From: Felis catus
Lineage: Eukaryota
NCBI RefSeq assembly: GCF_018350175.1
Contig: NC_058368.1
Span: 207,826,001-207,890,000, forward strand
Direction: 5' to 3'
DNA: 64,000 nt
The position numbers and the translations under genes were made by a program. The notes beneath the pieces were generated by a model that worked only from the letters and a program-made list of their open reading frames with translations, made no database searches and was not told where the DNA came from. This document shows positions 36,280-50,228 of this stretch, in pieces. The number at the start of each line of letters is the position of its first letter. The first letter of the stretch is position 1.

Positions 36280-37908
36280 TAAGGCTTTTTTGCAACAAAA
36301 ATGACTTCAAGGTTTTGTGGATTATTTTTAAAAGAAAATCCATATGAAAGACACTAGTTACAAATCTGTCTTCACTGCCATTGCCATTTCTTTTATAGTT
36401 GCATGAGAAAGGAGCAAGGAGTCTAAGTGATGACAATACTGGCCCCCAAAGTCTTCTCAAAGCTGTTAGATTACTCAAGATACTCATTTTTACAGTGTTA
36501 GGAATACATGCCCAGTTCTCCACCAAAAGGTTCAGTTCTAAGGAAAAGGTTGAAAAGCCTGAACAGAAGCCCTGCTTGTGCTGGTCTATTTCGGCCAGTT
36601 GGCAGTCACCTTACTTGGAGGTGTGCGTCTTTTGCTCTCAGTCTTGGCTGTGTGGTGCCGATGACACAGTGCGGGGCGTTCGGTACCAGAGGCGGAGGCG
36701 CTGTCGCTTCCGGCACAGCAAGCGAGGAGTTCCTAAACATGCTTGCTTAAAACATGGTAAATAAACGTAAAGCGCCGATGGGCAGAAGGCAGAGAAAGGA
36801 CCGGGCACGTGTGGAATGCCCGCTATGCCCCCGGTGCCTTGTACATACTGGTTCAAGGAGACAAAGCCGCTGCTGAGCGAATACAGAATTTCCCCACCCT
36901 ATATAGAGCTTTTTACAATTATGTCTAAACCATGCCCAACGATGGGGGTGCACTTTATTCATTATGTTAGCATAACAGGAATATAAATGAAGACAGTGAG
37001 GGTATTTTCTTGACCCAGACCATTGCAAAGACCAAAGGGTGCCAAATGAGAACAGGTCATTTCTGTATAGTAGTTCTTGAAAAAAAGAGGAAACAGAAAA
37101 TGTGAATGGAATTAATAACATTTTCTCGTTTCTATTCAGAGGTAGTTGTCAAAAAGCACGGTCAAAGACTGATGTCTACCAAGTAGGAGTGCTGTTATCC
37201 TGACAGTAAGTTAAGAGTCCCTGCCAGTCCCGCTCTTGCGTCGCATGCAATAGGTTCAGTGGAAAGGCAGTTGGGATCTTCCTGATCATTCACGTGTCTA
37301 CCTTTCTAAGGTCTGTGCCCCCAGAAGAGTTCATTTTACTGCATCGGTGAACTACAGATTATCATCGCTTCAAGGCAAGTCTAAAATCTGTTTTACCCTC
37401 AAACGTCTGTGATTTTTTTCATTAAACACACCCGGAATAACATTGACACTTCATGCTCTAGTATCGAATCTTCTGTGGCCTTTATTAAAACCTTAAATCT
37501 AGTTCCTTTACCCTAAAGATACGGAACGTGGGGGTAAAGCTTAATGGAAAATTTCCTCACTAAAAACTGAACTTGTGGGACCACAGCCCCCCTGTCCAGT
37601 ACTGAGGGTCTGGGGTCTATCTCTATGTCAGGTTCCAGGCCTGCTTTTCGAAAGGTGGGCCTGGAGCACACCAGCAAGGGGAGCCTGTCCCCAGGAGCCT
37701 GCCATGTCTACGGCAAGCCTGCTCCAAGGAGGAGTGCTAAGTTCCATAGCTCCTGACCTCTCAACCCGAGCCGGACTGTAGTGGTCTCACACGCCCCCCG
37801 TGACCGCTCGGTGGGTTTACGTACCGAGGCATCTGGTGACAGAATGGTGCCGCCGAGCCTCCTGTTCATGTCTGTGTAGCAGAAAGGCATGCGACGGGTA
37901 CATACTGA

Positions 37909-38439
37909 TTAGTGGTCGTGCTCACCTTCATCTAAGAGGGTAATCGAGGGAGGAGAGGCCAGACCCATGGGAATGGCCATTTGCGTTTTGTACTCTGAAC
38001 ACAGTGCTGGCTCTGGTGGATTTGTGGGGAGACTGGACTTGTCTCCACACATGGGTGAGGCCAACTGGGACACATAATTCAAATTAGTTTCTCCAGCTGG
38101 TATTTCTCCCAGGGAGTTGACGTAGTTTTTTCCTAGTGCCTTCGGTACATTTTCAGATGATGTCAACAGTCCCAGCTGACTTGGCTGGGCTTTAGGGGTT
38201 ACTGGGACGTGGCCACAAGAAACGGAGTCAGAAGCCGCCTGATTATAGGTAAAGTTCTCAAAACAGATGCAGGGGCCAGGCCCGGAGTGGCTCTTCTCTG
38301 TTGGGAGGAGGTAAAGGTAGGTGGGCTTGGTGGGTTCAGTTTCTGTCAGTGACTTCCTAGTGCCTTCCTGCTTGTTTATGACTTCAATAGCATCTGGAAT
38401 ACAGTCCTTGACATTCATTATTGTTAGGCGGGGGTTCTC
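37909..38439 (-). CDS. OSMR: OSMR last exon, cytoplasmic tail ([20 protein letters not shown]...LLDEGEHDH*)
   Basis: ttccag| acceptor; TAA at 37909-37911; YLYL, YVSQ and YKTQ motifs. Confidence 0.95.
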   Translation of the reverse strand, partial: ENPRLTIMNVKDCIPDAIEVINKQEGTRKSLTETEPTKPTYLYLLPTEKSHSGPGPCICFENFTYNQAASDSVSCGHVPVTPKAQPSQLGLLTSSENVPKALGKNYVNSLGEIPAGETNLNYVSQLASPMCGDKSSLPTNPPEPALCSEYKTQMAIPMGLASPPSITLLDEGEHDH

Positions 38440-38464
38440 CTGGAACAAACAAAAGAAATGCAAA

Positions 38465-38501
<37 letters not shown>

Positions 38502-41313
38502 AGAGTATATAAAGTATATGCGAAACGCACTCAGGGCTTCAGGTTTTGTGTGTGTGTTCTCCTAGTCACAAGTTAACTGCAGGTGCTGTTGCAAACCAAA
38601 GGATTTCCCCCGATGGAAGAAATCTCAAGGCTCCATTCACCCATTTCACAGCCCTGGGAGATGAGGTGGCCATCGCTGTTATATCTTCTAAGGAAGTCTA
38701 GAAAAGTACTATCACAGCCCTAACCTTCGATTAGTCTTTAACAGATACATGGTATACGTACAATCTCCCAGCATTTACCTTGGATTTTATTAATGACAGA
38801 ACGCTGCTCTTGTAAGGATCTGGAATGTCAGGGTAACACTTCTCCTTCATCCTACAAAACAGTGAAAATTAGACTGAATTTTGCAATATAGTGAATAGTT
38901 TAGAGAAGTCTGCAGTCAGCTTCCTGGGTGCTCACCCTCCCTCTATCACTGACTGTGGGACCTTGGCCAGGCTATTTAACTCCGCTATGTTTACATCTTC
39001 TCATCCATTCAACGGAGATAAGGCTCTTACTTACAAGTGGCGTGGAGAGGATTAAATGAGCCGGAGGCAAAGTACTCAGAATCACTTAGAATACTGCCAA
39101 GCACACACTACGTGAAATACCATAATCTTAACTAGTGTTACTGAACAGGCTTTGCAATCTTTTCAAACGGCTATTGTTTTCCTTATGTCTCGACCTGAAA
39201 AGCAAAAATGTTAATAGAATTTTCACATTTTCATCGAAGTCTCTGTCCTTCACCTTTGTAGCACCTTCTCTCATTTTATTCCGTGTGATTTCTATCTTAT
39301 TAAACTCTTTTCTAGATATTTCTCTGTCTTCTTAGATAAAATCTTCCCCACGCACTTACCATTGACTTTTCAAGTAGCATAAGATCATGATGAGCAAAAT
39401 GGAGAAAATCATGGGGAGTATGATACGTATCAGTATATGGGCTGGAGAAGAAAACAGAGAAAATTTTCCTGAGTACTTTTCCCTCCTCAAGGAACAAAGG
39501 TAAGTTTGAGAGTAATTTTACATAGTTATTAATCCTCAAAGGGCTAGTTATGCAAGATTCGATCTGAATTCTGGCTGATGGGGTGGGGGGTTCCACCTCC
39601 CAACCAACACAGGGACCGTTCGCCGTCAACACCTTGACTTGGACTTGGTCCCTCCTCTATGAGACCGGATCACTACTCCCAATTCTTCAACCCCCCCCGC
39701 CCCCATATCAGAATTATTACCCCCCCCCACCCTTGCCAAAGCTTCACAGTGAGCGTACTTCCCTGTGTCCTGACTTGGGGCTCAGCCACGTGACTAGGTT
39801 TGGCCAATGGGCTGGTAGTAGCTGTAACACGAGCAGCTGCTTTAAGTGCACGCGCACAGCCAGCCTGCCTTGCCCTCTAGGCCCCTGTGATCCACCAGGA
39901 GAAGGATCTGTCTCTCACAACCGCTGCCCTCTTAGCCTGAGCCCCAGAGTGAAGCCATGGAACCAACCCAAACCTGACGGAAGCCTGGAGTCCAGCCTGG
40001 CACAGCCCCGCTGAGATCAGTTAAGCCAAGAGCATGAACAGAAATACTCGTTTTTGAATGCCACGGAGATTTTGAGGGTTTCTGTTACACTTCAGAAATG
40101 AACTAATGCACCCCCCACTTTTAGTCAGTCTCAGACAAAATGACCTGAATGTGTCTTAACCTGGAATAATTACCCATTTTGATTCCTCAGGTAGGTCATT
40201 TTCTTAAATACCCATCTTTTGTGTTCCCACTGCCTGCAAGCCCAACAAATAGTAATTCCACTGGGCCAGTAAACACCGTCTTTTGCAGATGCAAATTGCA
40301 CGCGGGGGTGGGGGGGGGTGGGCTAACGGTCATTCACACGTACACATGTATGTATATTTCTGTTCAATATATCTGCTTCCCTGCCCCCCCCCCAGCCTCC
40401 CTCCCACCCCACCTGCTCACCAGCCCTGACACCTGGCTGTCCTGGAAGGAATGAGGTTTGATATGGGGCTGGGGATATGGTGGGAAATGTTGGCATTTTG
40501 TAAGGGAGGACGGGCCTGGGTAGATGCCCAGCCCAGTGCTATGAGGCAGCACAGGGGTCTGAAGAAAAGGACACACGGAGAGGTAAGACGATGCCGGAGC
40601 AAACACCTCACCAACTGGCCTGAAGTTAAACCTGATGGCAGAAAGGGGGAAGAAACTCTCTTCCTGACTCCACTAAAGAATACTTTGCTCTCAACTCAGT
40701 ATTTGGACTACTATGACTGGTTTTAAGATTCGGTTAAGTTATAGACTTCTAACTTACTTAAGAAGCCCGGGGACCTAGCCATGGTAGTTTCCAAGTTTCA
40801 GACTGGTTTTGCTAAACTTTTTTAGCAAAATGCATGATGAAATGCATTATATGCATTCAGAAAAGTGCTCATAAGAGCACAGCTCAATGCATTTTCACAA
40901 GTGCCAACACACGTGGCCAGTACCCAGAGCAAGAAAAGGAACATCAGCTCCCCAGAAAGCCCCCCTGGTGTCCCCATCCAATCATCGTCCCCTCCCAAGG
41001 TAACCACCATCTTGCCTTCTAATAACACACATGGCATTTGCCTCTTTCTGTAGCGGACTCTTACAGCAAGGGTCAGGGCTGGCTTCTGTCACTCAGCATG
41101 GCAGTTGTGACATTAGCCCGTATTATTTTTGTAACTGCAGAATGTCATTCTCATTGCTCTAATTACGCACTTTATTTTCCTTCTTAATAATAGTCAATAA
41201 GCCAATAAAGAGTCACAGCCGAGGCTAAGGAGGTTTATCATGAATAAGGGAGATAAATGAAATCTAGAAAATATACTTGAGGTAAAGATAGTTATTTGTA
41301 TTATGATGTATGT

Positions 41314-41348
<35 letters not shown>

Positions 41349-44300
41349 CTACCAGCTAAATAAATACCACGGCTGGAATACAACAGCCTGAATATAAATT
41401 AAAATTTTTTGACTTTACCCTAAAACAGTTAAGAGTGCTCAAATAATATAAATCCTTGACTGACATCTGAGAGTTCTGACCTTCAACTTGGAAACCTGGG
41501 GCCACGTTGCAGCTGACAAGTGAGCAGCCCTGAGTGCCCCGATCTGCCGGCATAGACACAGATGTCCTCACCCTGGTCAGCAGGCTCCACCTGCTGTGGC
41601 CACCATGTCCCTCCGGCTCCGCCACCAGCAAAGGGACCCTGCACCGAGGACCTAGGATCGCTGGTAACTTGAAGCAGACTTTTCAGCCTGTTTCCCAGAG
41701 AGGAGTGTCTGCAAAGGTCCCTTCCAGTGGGGACCTTCCATGATACACAATTTGATACTTGCTTTTCCTCTTCTTCTCCATCAGTATCTTCCTCCCCCTG
41801 CACCCCCACCCCCACCTTCCTGTTTATTGGAGGTCAGTGTTTACCACCAGAATCTGATTTACCATTAACTGGTTCCTGCTGCCCTTCTCCCTGCCCTCTT
41901 CTTTCTCCTCCTTTCAAGCCAAATGCATTTTGAAAAGTGGATCTCTTTGTCTCATTTTTCCCCCACCAATCGGCAAACAGTAGGTTCATGAAGGAACCTG
42001 CCTGATCCCAGCAGACCCCACCCCATCTCTCTCAACTGCCCCCAGGAAGGCAAAGTCAGGAAGCGGCTGGTTTGCCACTGAGGGAAACCAGCCAGGGAGC
42101 CGGCTGCCGAGGGCAGCTCTGCTGAGAAAACCACCCGCCCTCCTCTAGACAGTGGGCCTGGGGCCCCGGGGGCCCTTCTGAAGTTGACAGGAAACTGCCA
42201 TCTGTGATTTTCCAGCCATTTTGGGACTGAGTTCAAGTCATTTTGGGCCCGAGTGGCTCAGGGACCACTGCGACAGACAGGCCAGAGGAAGGTTCCAGGC
42301 CATAAGTCAGTCAGACTCTTGTCTGTTTAACGTAGTTGGATTCTGTGTGACATTTTGTGTGTGTGTGTGACACAGAATCCCATCTAGAGAAAGAGAAAGA
42401 GAGACAGAGAAGAAAGGTTTAAAAATTCCTGATCTCGACAACTCACAGTATTCATCTGGAGTTGTGACCTTTGTGAAAGCGCCCTGGGGGCCCTCGCCGA
42501 CACTGGTGTATGGAGTGAGGAAAAACTCATAGAAAGACGCCGGCTGCAGGTTTTCCACGACAAATGTCTTCTGTTTGGGGTTGTCAATTTTGTATTTGCA
42601 ACATATTGAATCATCTGTAATTTAAAAGAAAAAACAAATTTTTTTCAAGAAAAAAAAAAGAGCATGAGAGACATCTTATGACAGGGTTGGGCACCAATAA
42701 TCGTCTTGTTGACTCAGCACCGTCAACATCCTACACCAACCAAATATTAAATCATCATTTCATCACTCTGGGTCATGGCTGAAATCTTGAAAACATGGCA
42801 AGAAAAGCTGGTGATCCAGAGAGAGCACACAAGTGTGGGAGAGACAGTGAGAGCTGGGGAGAGACTTAAAAATACATTGTAATAACCTTTAACAAAGTCA
42901 AAGGGAAATAAAGAAAAAGGGCTTAGCGAGGAAGCTTCGTAACCGGCAGGTTTTCCCAAGCAGCTGATGGTATTTCAAATGCTTCCCAAAATACCGGGCA
43001 CTCTGTTTTAAGTAAGTCAAAACACTGACCCCCTGCCATCTGGCCCACTAGTTTGCTGAAGAACACTCTGGATCAAAAAGCACGCGTGAACAGGATTCGG
43101 TGTGGCCGGGCTCAGACATGGCCGCCTCGCTGGCAGTTTTGAAGAGTGAAGTCTTGAAAGAAAGAGTAAACCAACCAACAAACACACGCGTCACCTGAGA
43201 GGACTGCCTTTTCAGATCCCGGGAGGCACCGCGCAGCCTTGGACTTCAGATAGAGGGAGTACCCTTGTACAAAACCGGGCTGGGACTCGGCGGCATAGTC
43301 CTTCCAGCTCAGAGTAAAGGAGTAGGAGGTCAGGTTACTCATGAGCACTTGAGGGTTGTCTGAAGGCACTAGGAAAGGAAGTTGGGGTAAGAAGAGTCGT
43401 CACTCGGAAATCTTCTCAGAGGGCTCACGTGAACTAAAAGAAGGGCCACAGCCAACCCCAGAGCCTGTAGGCACTTACATGCCTCGTTCGGGAGTTTTCT
43501 CCACTTCTCGGGGGGGATTTATGCCCTGACACAGTTTGTGAGGCCTGGGAAGGAGGGGACCCATCTTCCTGTCCAAGTCTTGCCTTTCACAGATGAAGAC
43601 AAGGACGGCCAGAGAGACTCAACAGCTTGCGGGAGGTCACGCAGCAAAAAGGAGAATGAAGGCCTTCTTAGACTTCATTCTGCTCTCGGATTCTAAACAG
43701 TGCTCAACGGAAGACCCTGCCAGAGGACGGACTGAAGGGGGTTTTGGCGGGACTCTAGCTCCCGGGTTATGACAGCACCAAGCTACGCAAGCGTCACTGA
43801 AGCAACCCAGGAGTGTTTGTTCTGGAGGTTTCCTGAGCCTGTTTCACACGCACGTGCGCGCACACCCTGCCAGTCTCAGCCCCCTCCCACCCATGAAGGG
43901 GTGGGAAGAGGTGACCTGATCGGTGCAAGGGAGGAGAGGTCCCAAAGGGCCCAGATTTCAATGGGATTGAAATTGCCTTCCGTGGCTGGTGGAACCACAG
44001 GAAAATTTCCAGAGGATGATTTCACGGCATGTGTCAAAAGTCTTAAAAATTGTAAAAGAAATGAGAAACTATGTAAATTCATGCCTTGATTCAAGTACTC
44101 TAAGACCTCATTTAAAAACCATTATTGTGGATATGGACAAAGATTTCACTAGAATGATGGTGACTCGGGGCATAAGAGGTTGGGCTAAGGATAAAAGAGA
44201 CTGAGCACTGCAGAGAGAAATCACTTGAAGATGCGTTTCATAGTTTATAGCTGAAAAACTTGTAATCCTCAATGTCCGACGACAGGCGATTTGACATATG

Positions 44301-46867
44301 CAAACAATTATTTGCAATGATATAGTTAAATAATACTTAGTGACACGCGTCAAAAAAGCACTTTATAAACTGGATGAAGTCCCATTTTTACTTAAAAATG
44401 TTTATCTGTACAGGGAGAGAAATACCTGGATATACATCAAATATTAACTCGGGATATTTGTTTTCTGGGGTGGCAAAATTAGCAATGAGTTTGTCTTCTT
44501 TTGCCATACGCTGTCTTTAATGAAAATGGTTTATAGTTTATGATTAAAAATATTTTTTAAATCCAATTACCAGAACAAATGGGACCCTGCAAATCAGGAA
44601 GAGTGTTGAAATATTCCTGAACCCACAGCTCGGATCACTGGATTGTTCTGAACAAGTCTGCCCACGGACACGTTAAGCGCTGTAGACTTACCCAGTTCCT
44701 GGGAGTATCCCGTTTTTTTCTCTAATAAATAAGGAATCCTTTCTGTAGAAATTCCATAAATTCTGAAGTTGTATCGAACCCCTGGTCTAAAAGCATCTAC
44801 GGAAGAAAGGTCAACAGGTTTTCAATAACACAGAGTGACATTCTCTTTATTTCTGCAAAGGAACAAATGAAAAATGAATTGGCGTCTCCTAAATGCCTTC
44901 CTCCTCGGGATTTCTGCACTTCATCTCCACCGTCTTCCCTGCTTCCACTGGCCTTAGAGTCCACTGTCTCCAACTAAGCCTGCGGGAGCTGTCCTCCACG
45001 CCGTCCTCTCCAACAAGGGCTCTCGAACACCATCTTGTCCACGTGCAGGAAAGTGGGTGCAGAATTCAGTCACGCACAGAAAACCATTTTATTTTACTTT
45101 GTAATGTTTATTTAGTTTTTGAGAGAGAGAGACAGAGTGTGAGCAGGGGAGGGGCAGAGAGAGAGAGGGGAAGACACAGAATCCGAAGCAGGCTCCAGGC
45201 TCGGAGCTGTCAGCACAGAGCTCGACACGGGGCTCGAACCCATGAGCCGTGAGATCATGACCTGAGCCGAAGTCGGAAGCTCGACCGACTGGGCCACCCA
45301 GGCGTCCCCAGAAAACCATTTTAAAGTCTCTTCTGACTCCAAGTCCCCTGCAGCGACTTGTCTTCTCTCGCCACCCCCCACCCCACCAAGCTGAGCACTG
45401 GAAGGCTTTGCTTGCACTTCCTCATTTTCCCCTCACACCCGCACCTCTGCAATCCACCTTCGGCACCCGCCATGCCACTGACACCGCCCCGGCCAAAGGC
45501 AGCCTCATTCCCCCACTGAATGCCCTCCCTGGCCTCCGTCACCCTCTGCAGGTCGACGATTCCCCACATCTTTACCTCGAGCCCAGCAGATGGCGCTACT
45601 GACACCTCTACTCCAGCAGCAAACCTAGGCTTCTGGGACTCCACTAAACTGCCAATCCTGAAATTACAACTCCAACGCGGGAGGTAAGAGATCAAATTCT
45701 ACATTTGCCACCGAAAGTGAAGGAGCTGATGATTGACTCCGACCACGCTATGTCCTAAATGTGTCCCAAATCCATACACCTCTCTAGACGGGGAGGGTTA
45801 TAATGTCCCTTTGCCGTTCGTTTGAGAGAACTGATTTCAAGGCACAAATTTATAAAATCGTGAAAACCTATCCCAGCCTCAGGTCCAGAGCGTGTCTGTG
45901 AAAGTATGTTTCAGACCAAATCTTAGACCACATCATTGCAAAATGTGAACTCCTCGCCCCCGGGCCTGATTTCGTCATTTCAAAATGATTAGTTTAGCAC
46001 CAAGTATCCATGAGATGGTCCAGAGGTCCTGGTTGAACTTGCTGCAAGGTGCAGGGAACAAGATGGTAACACGGAGGACTCTCCTTACCTGAGCTGACAA
46101 CTGTGCTTGTGGTATTGGGACCTAGGTTTTTCCACTGGAGATCACAGAGCGGGTCCCCGGGACGTTCACACCACTCCACGACGTAGCCCGTGACGTCTCC
46201 GGGTTGGGGTTTCCAAGACAGACAGAATCCGTCCTCTGTGCCCTTGACTCTTTCTTCTTCAACCTCTTCTGCACATTACAAATACAGCCACGCTTCAGAT
46301 GGAATTCATTGTACATTTCAAAAAAGTGTTTGAAGAAGAAAATAAACTGGAACACGTACTGTCTCTGACAGTTAACGGCCCCATCACTTGAGTGGCTACA
46401 GAAGCTCGGGGATGGGGTAATGTTTTCACAGGTGATTTCCTGCCTCTCACCTCCCAGCAAATATTTACGTCTGCCCTTAGGATACCTCTGTTCTAATCTT
46501 CTGAGACCCAACGAGACTTCAGCCCCAAGACAAGCGTCAGTGAACGACTTGCCATCAGGCCAAATCCAGCCTCCAAAGCTTGTTTTATGACCCTTGAGCT
46601 AAGAAGGGGTTTAAGATTTTTAAAGAGCTGTCAAAAACAAAGAATACAGAGTATTGAACAGAGGCAGATCATACGATCGAACGATATTGAACAGAGGCAG
46701 ATCTGTGAAGCCTGAAATATTTCCTATCTTCCCCTTTACTCGAAAAACTGGCTGACCCCATGTTTGGCACTTGATCTACCTTTTTTTTTTTCTTTAAAGT
46801 TTATTTATTTATTTATTTTGAGAGAGAGAGAGAAGCAGAGCACACAAGAGGGGGAGGGGCAGGGAGA

Positions 46868-46907
<40 letters not shown>

Positions 46908-49900
46908 CCCAAGCAGGCTCTGTGCTGTTGGTGCAGAGCCTGACGTGGGGCTCGAACTCATGAACCGTGAGACTATGCCCTGAGCCGAAGTCAAGAGTCA
47001 GACACTTAATCGACATAGCCACCCAGGCACCCCTTGGTACTCGATCTGCTTTAAAAAAATTTTTTTTAACGTTTGTTTATTTTTGAGACAGAGAGAGACA
47101 CAGCCTGAACGGGGGAGGGGCAGAGAGAGAGGGAGACACAGAATCGGAAACAGGCTCCAGGCTCTGAGCCATCAGCCCAGAGCCTGACGCGGGGCTCAAA
47201 CCCACGGACTGCGAGATCGTGACCTGAGCTGAAGTCGGACGCTCAACCGACTGAGCCACCCAGGCGCCCCTGTATCTGCTTTTAAAAAATATCTGTTGAA
47301 CAGATAAATAATGCGCCTTAATCCCCCCACATGATGCTGGCTGCTCCTGAACTATTACGTCTGTGATGTTAGGGGTAGAAACCGAGTGAGAACAACAAAG
47401 GAAAGAGTTCAGATACGTACTAAGTTGGACTATGCAGGGACGTGCACACTGCTCATGACCAATCTCAACACACTTTATAAGCCACGATAGGTTTAAATTG
47501 GAAAAAAGCGATATGATCTCAACGGACGACAGTTCTAGTGATTTCAAGCAGACTCACCCTACACCTTCAGGGATGAGAATTTCTCCTAGTTCCCGAGGCT
47601 GACCTCACAGCCTGCCACTGTTGACAGGGCAGTGGTCCCAGCCAGTCAAGTGAGACAGGCCCAGACCAGGAGTGGGCCTGCAGACAGCTGCTCAGAAAAG
47701 CAGTATTTGCTCAGAAAGGAGCAAACATGGCTTGGTATGGACTTCTACTAAAACTTGACTCGTTGTTCATCTGCAATTTGAATTTAACTGGGCATCCTGT
47801 ATTTTATTGGGCAATCCTAATTACACCTGAACATTGCTGTGAAAGCACAGTGCTATTAATTTTTCTAGTTATTATCCAGTGGGGGACACCCAAAGGGATG
47901 TGTAGCTCTAGGTATAAGATAAAGGGTTTCCCATGAAGGCCTTTGTATACTCCACCTATGTGGCTTCCCTGTCTTCTTCCGTTAAAGAAATAAATCTCGC
48001 TTGCATCAAAGTTGACATTTTTCACTCTTATTCACACTGGCTAAAATTTCATCCCAAACTTAGAACCGTAACTCTTATCAAGCTGCTGTTTGAAAGCTGC
48101 AAATATGTTTTAAGAAGTGGAGATAGAGGGAAGGAGAAAGGGCATCTTTTTTCAGTCATTCACACTCTAGTATGAATTGGCTTAACCTTAACAGTCGGCC
48201 TCATAGCACATTGGTGATTTTATCCACTGAAGTGATTTAAGAATGTGGGCCACTGGGGGGCACCTAGGTGGCTCAGTCAGTTGAGCGTCTGACTTCGGCT
48301 CAGGTCGTGATCCCACAGCTCGTGGGTCTGAGCCCCGTGTTGGGCTCTGTGTTGACAGCTCAGAGCCTGGAGCCTGCCCCTCCCCCACTCACACGTTCAC
48401 TCTCCCTCTCTCTCCCTCAAATATAAATAAATATTAAGAAAAAAAAAAAGAATGTGGGCCACTTAAGGAAGACTGGATACCCTCACGGGGGAAGGCATGG
48501 AGGTCTGAGAGCAGGGCATAGGGAAGGAAGGTTCGGTAGGAACCCACAGATAGAGAAGACCCCCAAACAGGTTACAGTGCTTAGTGTTGTTTGGAACCGG
48601 GCCTCATTCAAGGCCGTCTTCTTTTATCTATCAGCTCCCCCAGGGTGAATGAAATGCCCACTCTTCCTGCTTTGTCCTAAGGAAGACAGAATACAGCTTT
48701 TCACTTCCTTCTCTAATGCAGTTCTTGATAAGCAAAGGTCACGTTAAGTAACTCCTTAGTTTTTCTTCTGTGCCCAAGCTTAATTTCTTTTTCTTACTTG
48801 ACACACCGGATTGTTCTTTAAAAATAAATAAAATAAAACCAAGCAACAATTCTCTCTCATCGAGCCTACTTAACCTAAATTGAAGCCTAGCTTGAGTAAC
48901 AGGTATAACACAACGTGCTGTGGCCCCATGAGCAGGACCTGAAAGTGTCACAGCAGAGCCTGAAGAAGAGCATGATCGACAGGTGCACAAATGAGTACAC
49001 GACGTCGACTACTTTGTGCCCAAGCGTGCATCGTCTTCTACGCGTTCCTGTGCGTGCGTGTGTTGGCGGGGGGGCAGTATATCCAACCTCTTTTTACAGC
49101 TCTCCCAAGAAGGTAATTAATATGGCTACTGACTGTCCATGTAAGGTCATCTCTACCTTGTCTGGTCTCTCACAGGCTGAGGGATTAGCCAGTTGCCATC
49201 TTCCATTCTACTTCAGCAAAGCCTTCCAGAAAGATGATGCCAGTCAGTTCTCCTTCTCACCTCTGGCAATGCTAATGGGCTCTTTCTGGGTGGCAAGGAC
49301 TGACAAATATTTTACAGTATGATAAATGCGACCCGCGATTTCATAAGCTACAAAGCACGTTTACACCAACCCCAGCTCTCAGCGAAGACTGCTTATTGGT
49401 GTTGCATTTACTTGAGCAAATGTGAGATAATTCTCTGAATTTCTTGGAGAATCTCAGGGCAGCAATGTTCTGAGCTGTGGCTGAACTCTCACACCGAGGA
49501 GGGCTGTCCCGGGAAACACACAGCCATGCCTGGACCAAAAGAAAAGACTAATGGCGTTCAGGAGCTAGCTCTTTTGTCCGGCCAGGTTACTGCCTTTCCA
49601 ATGTGTCCGTTGCTACTTAATAACATCGCCTGGGCCACAGAATAAAAACAAAACGAAACTCACTGTTTCCAGGGTCTCCGGACACGGCGATGACCGAAGC
49701 GGGGGACGTGCCCACACTGTTGTTAGCTGTGACGTGGATTTGGTAAGAACACCGGTCGAGGGTTAGTTCTGTGCCATTGGCCGGAGCAGGAATGGAGAGG
49801 AGCTTCAAGGTGGATGGTCTGTCTAGATTTTCTAGAACTACATTATAGAAGAGAATCTTCCCATTGGCCTGCAATTTTGATAGTGGCTGAGAGAAAATAC

Positions 49901-50178
49901 GGATAATCATTTCAAAATGGGTTTTCGGGGCACCTGGGTGGCTCAGGCAGTTAAGCGGCCGACTCTTGATTTCGGCTCAGGCAATGATCTCACAGCTTGT
50001 TGAGTTCGAGCCCCACATTGGGGTCTACACTCATAGCGGGGGCCTGCTTGGGATCCTGTCTTCTGCTCTCTGCCCCTCCCCCACTCTCTCAAAAATAAAT
50101 GTTAAAAAATTCAAAATGGGTTTTTCTTTGAAAGGAGTTTGCATCATTACTTTTTCATCTTTCCTGGCCCCCAACTGC

Positions 50179-50228
<50 letters not shown>

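Noticed and set aside
36399..37121. ORFs between the two genes
   Set aside because: They lie in the probable OSMR 3'UTR and its CpG-rich patch; no splice or homology support
46652..46703. Repeat-spacer-repeat resembling a CRISPR unit
   Set aside because: Only two 19-bp copies, mammalian DNA, no cas genes
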